NCBI GenBank assembly: GCA_046706305.1
Contig: JBJKPQ010000188.1
Span: 3,202 to 67,201, forward strand
Source of the DNA: Bacteroidales bacterium
GTDB taxonomy: Bacteria; Bacteroidota; Bacteroidia; Bacteroidales; VadinHA17
Direction of reading: 5' to 3'
DNA length: 64,000 nt
This document shows, piece after piece, positions 19,995-28,695 of this stretch. The translations under genes were made by a program, and so were the position numbers. Under the pieces are notes generated by a model. That model ran no database searches. It saw nothing but the letters and a program-made list of their open reading frames with translations, and was not told where the DNA came from. The first letter of the stretch is position 1; each line of letters starts with the position of its first letter.

Positions 19995-20923
19995 GGGTCC
20001 TGATAGTCGTCATCGTAGTATTCATTTATAAAATAAACCGGACGATTCTGCGATTCTTTATAGTTCCTGTAGATATATTCCCCAAGGATACCAAGGAAAA
20101 CAAGTTGAATGGACCCGAGGAAATATATGCTAAGAAGGGTTGATGACCATCCCGGTATTGCGAATCCGTATACTTTAGCAACGAGTACATATATCCCAGC
20201 AGCGAAAAACACAAGAGTACCCAGGGAGCCAAGGATCAGGCATAAACGTATGGGAAACCTGGAGAATGAAAAGATGGCATCGGCAGCCAGTATAAACAGT
20301 TTACGAATACTCATTTTAGGGTCGCCTCTGAAGCGGTCTTCTCTAACGAACTCCACATAACCCTGCCTGAATCCTATAAACGTCCTTAATCCGGGCAGAT
20401 ACCTCACCTTTTCTTTCATAGACAGTAAAGCATCAACCGCTTTCCGCTTCATCATGGAATAATTGCCATAGTTTTCCATATGCTTAATATCACCAATATT
20501 CCTGAAAAGCAGGTGAAACATGACAGCATATGCATTTCTTCCTCTTTTACCCTTTCTGCCTGTTTTCTTGCCGCTTACTATATCATAATCCTCTTTGAGT
20601 ATCTTATCATACATCTCCGACAGAAGCTCGGGCGGATCCTGCAGGTCACCATCCATCATTGCCACTATATCACCTTTCGCATGCTCAAGCCCGGCTGTAT
20701 AGGCTGCCTGGTGTCCAAAGTTTTTGGAAAGCGTTAATATTTTTATTCTTTTATCTGATTTATGCCATTTCAGCAGTTTTTCAAGACTGTTATCAGTGCT
20801 GCCGTCATCAACAATAATAACTTCATAGTCAACGACAAAAGACTCAATGGCTTCTTTAGTTCTTTGCACAAGCTCATCGATAAGGCTTTCTTCGTTGAAT
20901 ACAGGAATAACAAGTGACAGCAT
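19991..20923 (-). CDS. GT2 polyprenyl-phosphate glycosyltransferase (ArnC/GtrB/Dpm1-like)
   Basis: VIPVFNEE ... IIVDDGSTDNS ... DGDLQDPPE motifs plus two C-terminal TM helices. A 4-nt overlap (ATGA) joins it to the downstream GT-C gene. Confidence 0.85.
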   Translation of the reverse strand: MLSLVIPVFNEESLIDELVQRTKEAIESFVVDYEVIIVDDGSTDNSLEKLLKWHKSDKRIKILTLSKNFGHQAAYTAGLEHAKGDIVAMMDGDLQDPPELLSEMYDKILKEDYDIVSGKKTGRKGKRGRNAYAVMFHLLFRNIGDIKHMENYGNYSMMKRKAVDALLSMKEKVRYLPGLRTFIGFRQGYVEFVREDRFRGDPKMSIRKLFILAADAIFSFSRFPIRLCLILGSLGTLVFFAAGIYVLVAKVYGFAIPGWSSTLLSIYFLGSIQLVFLGILGEYIYRNYKESQNRPVYFINEYYDDDYQDP

Positions 20924-20943
20924 AATTATTGCTATTTCCGGGG

Positions 20944-21879
20944 TTAATCATGTAAATTCCCTGTTTCCGCAGGACCTTTCACATTGAATCGTGGTCTTAG
21001 AACAGCTTTATCAGCTGTTGGAAAGTCATCCGGCACCCTTTGTGTTACCCGGCCCGTCGCAGCCCATTCTGCCCCTCTCCTGAAAGTTGTAATGAAACCC
21101 GTACACTGCATGGCGGGGCCTCCGCCATCTTCGGCATGTCCCATTGTTGTATGAAATATACGCCCTTTTCCGTAGGTAACAGTCATGAGAACAGGCTCGT
21201 CTCTCATGGTACCTCCGCCGGCAGCACTATCGGCGAATGCCGTGGCAAGTATCTGAAGGTTCTTTGCCGGTCCTCTCAGCTGGCTGTACAGTTCATCTGT
21301 ACCATGAAGCCATTCCGCCGGCAGTCCCTTCATGACGGGATGTTCGGGCATCCTTGCCTTAACAAGGAACTCTCTCCTGGCCCCGTGAGATCCTCCTGTC
21401 CCGGGGCTTGTATCGGTCATCAGCACATCATTCTTATAATATACATATGGCCCGTCTTTTTCATTACGGTCACCCCACCCTCCAAGTCCGGTCATCTCGT
21501 TATATTCTTTCCAGCCTGGAAAGGAGTTGTCGGCGGCATGATAAATTACCAGTCCTCCCCCGTTCCTTACAAAATCCACAAAGGCCGATTTTGTTTTTTC
21601 CGGCCATGGGTCACCATTATAATCCATAACAATGAGCCTGTACTTTGAAAAGTCGGGACAGAAACCGCTCATATCACTATCCTGAGGAGGTGTTAATATG
21701 ATGTCGCATGAGAAAATACCTGTCTCGTCAAGAATAGTTTTCAGTACAGGAGAGCTTGCCTGCCAGTTATGATTATTCTGTCCGGTTATAATAAGAGTCT
21801 TATATACGGACTCGTGTCTGCAGGCAGAGAACAGAATCATCAATCCTGTCATCAATAAAAGATACCTTTTTTTCATCAT
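20944..21879 (-). CDS. ThuA-domain (trehalose-utilisation-like) lipoprotein
   Basis: Start moved to MMKKRYLLL (21879) to remove the overlap with the upstream gene. Lipobox LFSAC. ThuA-like motifs GGGLVIYHAADNSF, HPVMKGLP, DELY and GKGRIFHTTMGH. Confidence 0.75.
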   Translation of the reverse strand: MMKKRYLLLMTGLMILFSACRHESVYKTLIITGQNNHNWQASSPVLKTILDETGIFSCDIILTPPQDSDMSGFCPDFSKYRLIVMDYNGDPWPEKTKSAFVDFVRNGGGLVIYHAADNSFPGWKEYNEMTGLGGWGDRNEKDGPYVYYKNDVLMTDTSPGTGGSHGARREFLVKARMPEHPVMKGLPAEWLHGTDELYSQLRGPAKNLQILATAFADSAAGGGTMRDEPVLMTVTYGKGRIFHTTMGHAEDGGGPAMQCTGFITTFRRGAEWAATGRVTQRVPDDFPTADKAVLRPRFNVKGPAETGNLHD

Positions 21880-21919
21880 TCCTGAGTTTATAATTCTGAT
21901 ACCTGCAAAAAAAGAACTA

Positions 21920-23257
21920 TCAAAGAGGCGTTGGAGTACCGGGAATTGGAGTCTTAAATTCCATATCCACCGGGCCGAACTCAAACTTTTTCGGTCCCAG
22001 ATCCATATCCGATTTAAACATCTCATCCCATGTTATCAGCTTTCCCGTATAGGCGGCTGTTCTTCCCATAATGGCAGTAAGTGTTGAGATGGCTGTTGTC
22101 TCAGCTTCATTTACATAGTTACCTGTACGTATGGCATATACCAGATGCATGTGTTCCTGCACATAAGGAGGTATTTTAAGAGTGTTCATAGGGTTACCGT
22201 TTTCATCCCTGGGGTATTCAAACTTCCATTTAACCTTGCCGTCAAGGTCCCAGATAGTGTTTATGCAGTTTGTATATCCCTCGGTACCATAAATAAGCTC
22301 TCCTGTTCCGTTGGCACAGCTGTCTATCTGGCGGCACATACTGTGCGAACTGATACCATTTCCATAGTCAAAGTCGATGCTGAAGAAATCATACTGGTCG
22401 CCTGTGATCCTTCTTGCCCTGCCTCCATAGCCTATTGCTCTTTCCGGGTGTTTGCCCATGAACCAGTTTATTACATCGATATTGTGAACATGAGTGTCAA
22501 GGATAAAATCACCACCAAGCCAGCAGAAATTATTCCAGTCGCGTATCATGTATGTCATATCATCCCATCCGGGTTCTCTCAGGCGGAACCATACATGATC
22601 CTGGTTCCAGAAAGCTTTGGCTGAGGTAAGCCGGCCTATGGCACCCCCCATTATTTGTTTATATGTCTCAATGTAGTCTTCCCGGTGACGGCGCTGTGTT
22701 CCTGTTACGACATTCAGGCCAAGGGCCTCTGCTTTTTTTGCAGTTGTTATTATTGATCTTATTCCAACAGGATCTACGGCCATTGGTTTTTCCATGAAGA
22801 CGTGCTTATGCATTGTAACAGCTTCCAGGAAATGATCGGGCCGGAATTTACATGGAGTGGCAAGTATGACAACATCAATGTCTGGTAATGCAATCAGCTT
22901 TTTATATGCATCAAAGCCGACAAAGCAGTTTTCTTCTGGTATGGGAAGATTAAAAGATGCAAACCTGTCGCGGCATATGTCAATCTTGTCCTGGAAAACA
23001 TCAGCAAGAGCTATAATTTCAAGATCCGGTCCGGCACTTATAAAATTGATAGCTGCACCTGTACCCCGCGCTCCGGCACCAACAAGGCCGGCACGCAGCT
23101 TTTTCCCCGGAGGTGCTCCGTGTAATATTGGAGGTAAACCAAGCTCTTTATTATCAGGTGTTCTTTTACATGACGACAATAAAGACCCTGCACTGGCAAG
23201 CCCGATACCGGCCAATGCTGTTTTTCCTATAAAATTTCTTCTGTTAAGATTATGCAT
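21920..23257 (-). CDS. TAT-signal Gfo/Idh/MocA-family oxidoreductase (probable periplasmic lipoprotein)
   Basis: The twin-arginine motif NRRNFIGKTALAG is followed by the lipobox LLSSC. Rossmann motif GLVGAGARG, EKPM motif (FMEKPMA), and a Gfo/Idh/MocA C-terminal domain. Confidence 0.85.
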   Translation of the reverse strand: MHNLNRRNFIGKTALAGIGLASAGSLLSSCKRTPDNKELGLPPILHGAPPGKKLRAGLVGAGARGTGAAINFISAGPDLEIIALADVFQDKIDICRDRFASFNLPIPEENCFVGFDAYKKLIALPDIDVVILATPCKFRPDHFLEAVTMHKHVFMEKPMAVDPVGIRSIITTAKKAEALGLNVVTGTQRRHREDYIETYKQIMGGAIGRLTSAKAFWNQDHVWFRLREPGWDDMTYMIRDWNNFCWLGGDFILDTHVHNIDVINWFMGKHPERAIGYGGRARRITGDQYDFFSIDFDYGNGISSHSMCRQIDSCANGTGELIYGTEGYTNCINTIWDLDGKVKWKFEYPRDENGNPMNTLKIPPYVQEHMHLVYAIRTGNYVNEAETTAISTLTAIMGRTAAYTGKLITWDEMFKSDMDLGPKKFEFGPVDMEFKTPIPGTPTPL

Positions 23258-23282
23258 ATTCCTGTTGTTATTATATTATTTA

Positions 23283-24818
23283 TTATTGTCCCAAACTACT
23301 GTCAGCTTCACATACCACCCTGAAGCCCACATCAATACAATCTGAATACCACCATATACTCTTTGGCATCTGTGGATCAGTCACAAGCCAGGCCTTGGTC
23401 TTTGTGAAATCACGTGCTGCACTTCTGACATCCTTTGCATCGCTTTTGAAAGATCCTCCCCTGATCACATGTTCACTGCCTCTCAGAGGTCCCCGCGGGT
23501 TAACAAGGCCGGTGGAATCGTTCAGGTAGGCTGTCGGAGAATAATAATCGAGGCAGAATTCGGCAACATTACCAGACATATTCTTCAAGCCAAAGGGATT
23601 AGGCTTCATGTCACCGGGTTCCCTGGTCTTCCCGTCGCTGTTCAGTTTATACACAACCCTTGAAGAGATAACAGCAGTGTCCGGACGGAATATCTTCCTC
23701 AGGAAACCCGTTGAAGAGAATTTCTTTGGATTACCAGGGAAGAAATAAGGTGTTTCAGTTCCTCCACGACATGCATATTCCCATTCGGCTTCAGTAGGCA
23801 GCCTGTATTTCTTTCCTGTAACTTTGGATAACCACTGGCAATAGACGTTTGCAGCATGCCACGACATTGTAATAGCAGGACGCTTGCCCTTACCCCAGCC
23901 CTGGTCGGGAGCACCCCATGGAGGTGTAGCTCCGCTTATAGCATCTACATCTTTTTTTGTAACAACCTGGCCTTCTGTCCTTCCCTGCGAACTTGTTGCC
24001 CTGAAGAAAGCCATATATTCATCCCATGTGACTTCAGTTTTTGATATCCAGAACGTTGAAAGAGTCCCTTTTCTTACCGCACCCTCATCAGCCTCACGCA
24101 AAGGTTCATTATCCGGACTCCCCATATCGAAAGACCCTCCCGGCAGTGCAACCATGTCGAAAGAGACAGATGAACCCGGTATTTTTTCAGTGAAGCTCTC
24201 AAATTTATCCACTTTTGCAGGTTCCGTGTATTCAGCCTGTTTCGCTGTTGCATTCACCCCAAAAGTAGTATCGTGTGCATGCAGCAGATTCTTGTCATAA
24301 TGACCCACACCAAGATGACAGTTGATACAGCTCAGAGGATCTTTGCTGGTTGTGTAGAAAAGGTGTGCATTCCCTCCGTTAACCGAAAGGGTAACCGGGA
24401 AAAGGTTCTGATGACATTTAAGGCATCCCTGTTCATATACATAGCCCTTGGCTTTATCGAGCGATTTTTTTGCTTCCCAGTTGAAACTGGAGCTGTCTTT
24501 AAAATAATACCCGTAAACATCCCTGAAGCCATGCTTAGCCTTGGCAAAGAGGTAGCCATGTCCTTCCGGCGGAAGATGGCAATCGACACAATGTACAATA
24601 TTTCCCGTGGGGTTATTATAATGTGTTGAGAGTCTCCATGCAGCATCAGCCTGGGGATGCACATGACAGGATATACAATAGCGGTCGGATGAGGTGTAAT
24701 TGACTACAGCCTTGCCCGATTTTAAAATGATGAAACCAATAATGAGACCCAAAATAATGTACCAGACCTTTGTCTTCCCCCTGACAGAAGTCTGTTTACG
24801 ACGATTTCTTATATTCAT
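23283..24818 (-). CDS. Fusion protein: membrane-anchored tetrahaem NapC/NirT/NrfH-type cytochrome c (N-terminal) plus FGE-sulfatase/SUMF1-fold domain (C-terminal)
   Basis: One TM helix (VWYIILGLIIGFIIL) is followed by four CxxCH motifs (CISCH, CVDCH, CLKCH, CINCH) within ~175 aa. Then come the FGE-fold motifs LPTEAEWEYACRGG, NPFGLKNMSGNVAEF and HVIRGGSF. Confidence 0.8.
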   Translation of the reverse strand: MNIRNRRKQTSVRGKTKVWYIILGLIIGFIILKSGKAVVNYTSSDRYCISCHVHPQADAAWRLSTHYNNPTGNIVHCVDCHLPPEGHGYLFAKAKHGFRDVYGYYFKDSSSFNWEAKKSLDKAKGYVYEQGCLKCHQNLFPVTLSVNGGNAHLFYTTSKDPLSCINCHLGVGHYDKNLLHAHDTTFGVNATAKQAEYTEPAKVDKFESFTEKIPGSSVSFDMVALPGGSFDMGSPDNEPLREADEGAVRKGTLSTFWISKTEVTWDEYMAFFRATSSQGRTEGQVVTKKDVDAISGATPPWGAPDQGWGKGKRPAITMSWHAANVYCQWLSKVTGKKYRLPTEAEWEYACRGGTETPYFFPGNPKKFSSTGFLRKIFRPDTAVISSRVVYKLNSDGKTREPGDMKPNPFGLKNMSGNVAEFCLDYYSPTAYLNDSTGLVNPRGPLRGSEHVIRGGSFKSDAKDVRSAARDFTKTKAWLVTDPQMPKSIWWYSDCIDVGFRVVCEADSSLGQ

Positions 24819-25013
24819 ACTATTTTTAAAGAATCTGTTAAAACTCGCTAAAGTTAATTCTTTGTATGACTATAAGACAAAAAAAATTGAATTTTCTGTG
24901 AAAAAAATAACTGAAATAATGTATGGGCACACCTCTCCTTCCCGACCTTTAAACGTATCAGTTGCAGAACTACCAATAACATCTTACCCTTCAGGAATAC
25001 TATCCTGCTTTAT

Positions 25014-25946
25014 TCAGAATCTCTTTTTATATATGTGGCAGTAAGGCAGTTTGCCGGTTTTTGCAAAATAGTCCTGCTGATCTTTTTCCGCCGGGTAAAA
25101 AACGGATGCCTCAGCAAGTTCTGTCGCAATTTTCAAACCTTTAGATCTCAGGATATTAAGATCCTTCTCTGCCGTTTGTTTTTGCTCTTCATTCTTATAA
25201 AATATCTCTGACCTGTACTGGTTGCCGTAATCCGGGCCCTGGTGTCCCACTTCCGTCGGATCATGTATCTCAAGAAAGAGTCTTACCAGGTTATCATATG
25301 TTGTTTCAGACGGATTATAGATAACCTTTACAGCCTCAGCATGCCCGGTGGTTCCTGCACTTACTTCCCTGTAAGTGGGGTCTTTTACATGCCCTCCGGT
25401 ATAGCCTGCTATTGTGCAAACAACACCGGGTGCCTTTTCAAGCTGGTACTGTACACCCCAGAAACATCCTCCGGCAAATACTGCTGTGCCGTATCTTCCC
25501 GGGGGAAGGTGTGCCGGAACAAAGTCCATTGAAACAGAATTGACACAATAACGTGTATCCTTTGCTGTCAGATGCTCACCGATAAATACATGCCCCAGGT
25601 GTGCACCACAATTTGCACATTCGATCTCAGTCCTGATTCCGTCCGGATCGGGAAAACTGAGAACTGCTCCTTTTATGGCATCATCAAAACTGGGCCATCC
25701 GCAATCGGATTTAAACTTATCTGAAGAGTAATACAAAGCTTCACCACATTTTTTACATAAATAGGTACCTTTGCCTGTGAAATCAGTATATTTCCCTGTA
25801 AAGGGCGCTTCGGTGCCTTTATTATTAATTACATAAGATTCTGTCCTGGTAAGATCATTATATGGTAATTTTTCCTGTGAAAAAGATTTTTCGCTGGTAG
25901 TCATAAAATATAATGTTAATATAAGGAAAACAGCTCTTATTTTCAT
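25014..25946 (-). CDS. msrAB: Secreted bifunctional methionine sulfoxide reductase MsrB-MsrA
   Basis: Signal peptide. The MsrB half has CKKCGEALY, GWPSF and RYCVNS. The MsrA half has the GGCFWG motif. Confidence 0.9.
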   Translation of the reverse strand: MKIRAVFLILTLYFMTTSEKSFSQEKLPYNDLTRTESYVINNKGTEAPFTGKYTDFTGKGTYLCKKCGEALYYSSDKFKSDCGWPSFDDAIKGAVLSFPDPDGIRTEIECANCGAHLGHVFIGEHLTAKDTRYCVNSVSMDFVPAHLPPGRYGTAVFAGGCFWGVQYQLEKAPGVVCTIAGYTGGHVKDPTYREVSAGTTGHAEAVKVIYNPSETTYDNLVRLFLEIHDPTEVGHQGPDYGNQYRSEIFYKNEEQKQTAEKDLNILRSKGLKIATELAEASVFYPAEKDQQDYFAKTGKLPYCHIYKKRF

Positions 25947-26199
25947 TTTAAATGTTTACTATACATCACAGGTAAACAAAATGAGGGTAAAAATGTTGTA
26001 ACGGCCTGCCAAAATAAAGAATGCAGTTTTTTAGTTTTATAATACATAGCAGGGATTTGCCCAACACAATTTATTTTACCGACCAGGTTGTTATTTGAAT
26101 GAAAAGTTTATTTTTGTGATTTATAAATTAATAATCAGGGATGAAACGAGCATTTAAATTCATTCCGTAAACCATGTGATCAATTAAATAAATATACAC

Positions 26200-26325
26200 A
26201 TGAAAAAATTTGCTGTTTTACTTATAGTCGCTTTTATAACAGTGCTTGTGGTGAGTTCATGTAACAAGAAAGAATGCCCGGCCTATTCAAAAGCAACTAC
26301 AGAGCAGGCAGGAAGAAACGTCTGA
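26200..26325 (+). CDS. Unlisted small ORF: 41-aa putative lipoprotein (MKKFAVLLIVAFITVLVVSSCNKKECPAYSKATTEQAGRNV)
   Basis: Translated by hand from the DNA. It has a canonical signal peptide and lipobox (VSSC). It is below the ORF-track length cutoff and lies in a 425-nt gap, with a TATTTTTG box at 26109-26116. Confidence 0.35.
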   Translation: MKKFAVLLIVAFITVLVVSSCNKKECPAYSKATTEQAGRNV

Positions 26326-26371
26326 ATTTGATTATGCTCTTTAATTCCTCCTGGTTTATAAGTTCTCAGGT

Positions 26372-27175
26372 ATGATGAAGAGGCTGCTAATAATGGTATT
26401 GTTGCTATTATCGTGTACAGCATGGTTGTATTCGCAGGGTGAATTAGATGAGCAGCAAAAGGTTTTCTTCCGTAATGAAAGATCTTTTGCAATCCTTCTC
26501 AATACTGACGGGATAGGCTTTGGCTATCGTGGTGCCAGGAGAATAGATTTCAGGAATAAAAAAATCTATGAAGTTGATCTCGGCACATTAAGAAATGCCA
26601 AGGAATACAAACAGGCCTCCCAGTATATCCAGGGCGGTTCCTTTGTCTTTGGTAAAATGAATTCCGTTATCTTTCTGCGGGGAGGCATCGGGCGTCAGCA
26701 CGAGATATACAAAAAGGCTGACCTGGGTGGTATTGCAGTCAGGTACTTCTACACAGCCGGTCCTGTTCTGGCTGTCTATAAACCCATCTATTACCGCGTT
26801 GTCTATTATGTCTCAAGCTCCGAAGCCGAGATCAGGGAAGAAAAATTCGATGTATCAATAGCCGCTTCACGTGATATCTACAGCAAAGCACCTTTTACAA
26901 AGGGTCTTAATGAGACTAAAGTCCTTCCGGGGCTTTATGCAAAAGGAGGTTTTAACTTTGAATACAGCAAGGAAGATAAAATCATACATGCCATTGAAGT
27001 AGGGGCCCAGATCAATGCCTTCCCGAAGGAAATACCGATCATGGCCAATACTAATAATAAGTCAGTTTTCTTTTCATTGTTCGTAAGCTACAGATTTGGA
27101 GTCATTCTCGACCCTTTGAATCCGGAATCAAACAAAATTTCTCACATTTTTAAAAGAAGAAAGAAAATAGATTAA
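26372..27175 (+). CDS. Hypothetical secreted protein (possible outer-membrane beta-barrel)
   Basis: Signal peptide MMKRLLIMVLLLLSCTAWLYSQ. Alternating-hydrophobicity strands. No family recognised. Confidence 0.5.
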   Translation: MMKRLLIMVLLLLSCTAWLYSQGELDEQQKVFFRNERSFAILLNTDGIGFGYRGARRIDFRNKKIYEVDLGTLRNAKEYKQASQYIQGGSFVFGKMNSVIFLRGGIGRQHEIYKKADLGGIAVRYFYTAGPVLAVYKPIYYRVVYYVSSSEAEIREEKFDVSIAASRDIYSKAPFTKGLNETKVLPGLYAKGGFNFEYSKEDKIIHAIEVGAQINAFPKEIPIMANTNNKSVFFSLFVSYRFGVILDPLNPESNKISHIFKRRKKID

Positions 27176-27188
27176 TTGATCTATGTCT

Positions 27189-27219
27189 TTTGCCAATTAA
27201 GTGGAAAATATTAATTTTG
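27189..27219 (+). promoter_or_regulatory. Bacteroidota-type promoter for gap (TTTG-N19-TAATTTTG)
   Basis: TTTG at 27189-27192 and TAATTTTG at 27212-27219, with 19-nt spacing. It lies 36 nt upstream of the gap ATG. Confidence 0.5.
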
Positions 27220-27236
27220 TATCTTCAATTTATTAA

Positions 27237-28256
<1,020 letters not shown>

Positions 28257-28270
28257 TGAATGATTTATAC

Positions 28271-28307
28271 AAAAAAGAGGGTGTCTCAAAAGGGCACCCT
28301 CTTTTTT
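28271..28307. terminator. Bidirectional rho-independent terminator between gap and the DUF1987 gene
   Basis: 9-bp stem AAGAGGGTG / CACCCTCTT. It is flanked by an A-run (28271-28276) and a T-run (28302-28307). Confidence 0.7.
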
Positions 28308-28684
28308 CATATAATCATTTTTATCTCAAGCGGGATACCGGCTGTATCCCTGTAATGCTCTCCCAACTCCAGCATAGCCTCATCATCTTCCTCATATAAC
28401 CACATAATGCTGACATGCTTACCTGCCTGGCCATAGGCAGTCAGCCTCTTAAGAATTTCATAAAGATACTTCGATGATCCGCTGTTGATATATTCAAGCC
28501 TGATATTGATATCGAGACTGCTGTGCCTTTCAAAATGTGTTATAATCCACTCCTCAAGTTTCGTGAAAATTATTTCAGGATTTTCCGGTATAGAGCGGCC
28601 TATAATCTCCAGTTTGTTATTTTCCGGATAATACACTATTCCCGGACAATTCCTCAGCTCTTCCTGAATGATGTACTTTTCCAT
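28307..28684 (-). CDS. DUF1987 (SiaC-like) domain protein
   Basis: Matches my recollection of DUF1987: IIGRSIPENPEIIF, LEYINSGSSKYLYEILKRL and WLYEEDDEAMLELGEHY. Confidence 0.7.
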   Translation of the reverse strand: MEKYIIQEELRNCPGIVYYPENNKLEIIGRSIPENPEIIFTKLEEWIITHFERHSSLDINIRLEYINSGSSKYLYEILKRLTAYGQAGKHVSIMWLYEEDDEAMLELGEHYRDTAGIPLEIKMII

Positions 28685-28695
28685 CGTTATTCTTT

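Noticed and set aside
21040-21648. 202-aa plus-strand ORF antisense to the ThuA-like gene
   Set aside because: It is a shadow ORF. The ThuA motifs on the minus strand explain the region.
21880-22026. N-terminal 49-aa extension of the ThuA-like ORF, overlapping the upstream gene by 107 nt
   Set aside because: The extension is Trp/Arg-rich nonsense. An internal MMKKRYLLL start gives a clean lipoprotein signal and a 40-nt intergenic gap. The same logic was applied to 9115-9180 (ubiE), 43499-43537 (def), 17906-17956 (small protein), 36174-36191 (rpe, TTG start) and 10011-10016 (Ldh_2, TTG start).
24700-25044. 114-aa plus-strand ORF spanning the gap upstream of the cytochrome-FGE gene
   Set aside because: It overlaps the 5' end of the cytochrome gene and the 3' end of msrAB on the opposite strand. 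The sequence is low-complexity and AT-rich. The region is more plausibly the operon promoter, although I could not find a canonical -7 box there.
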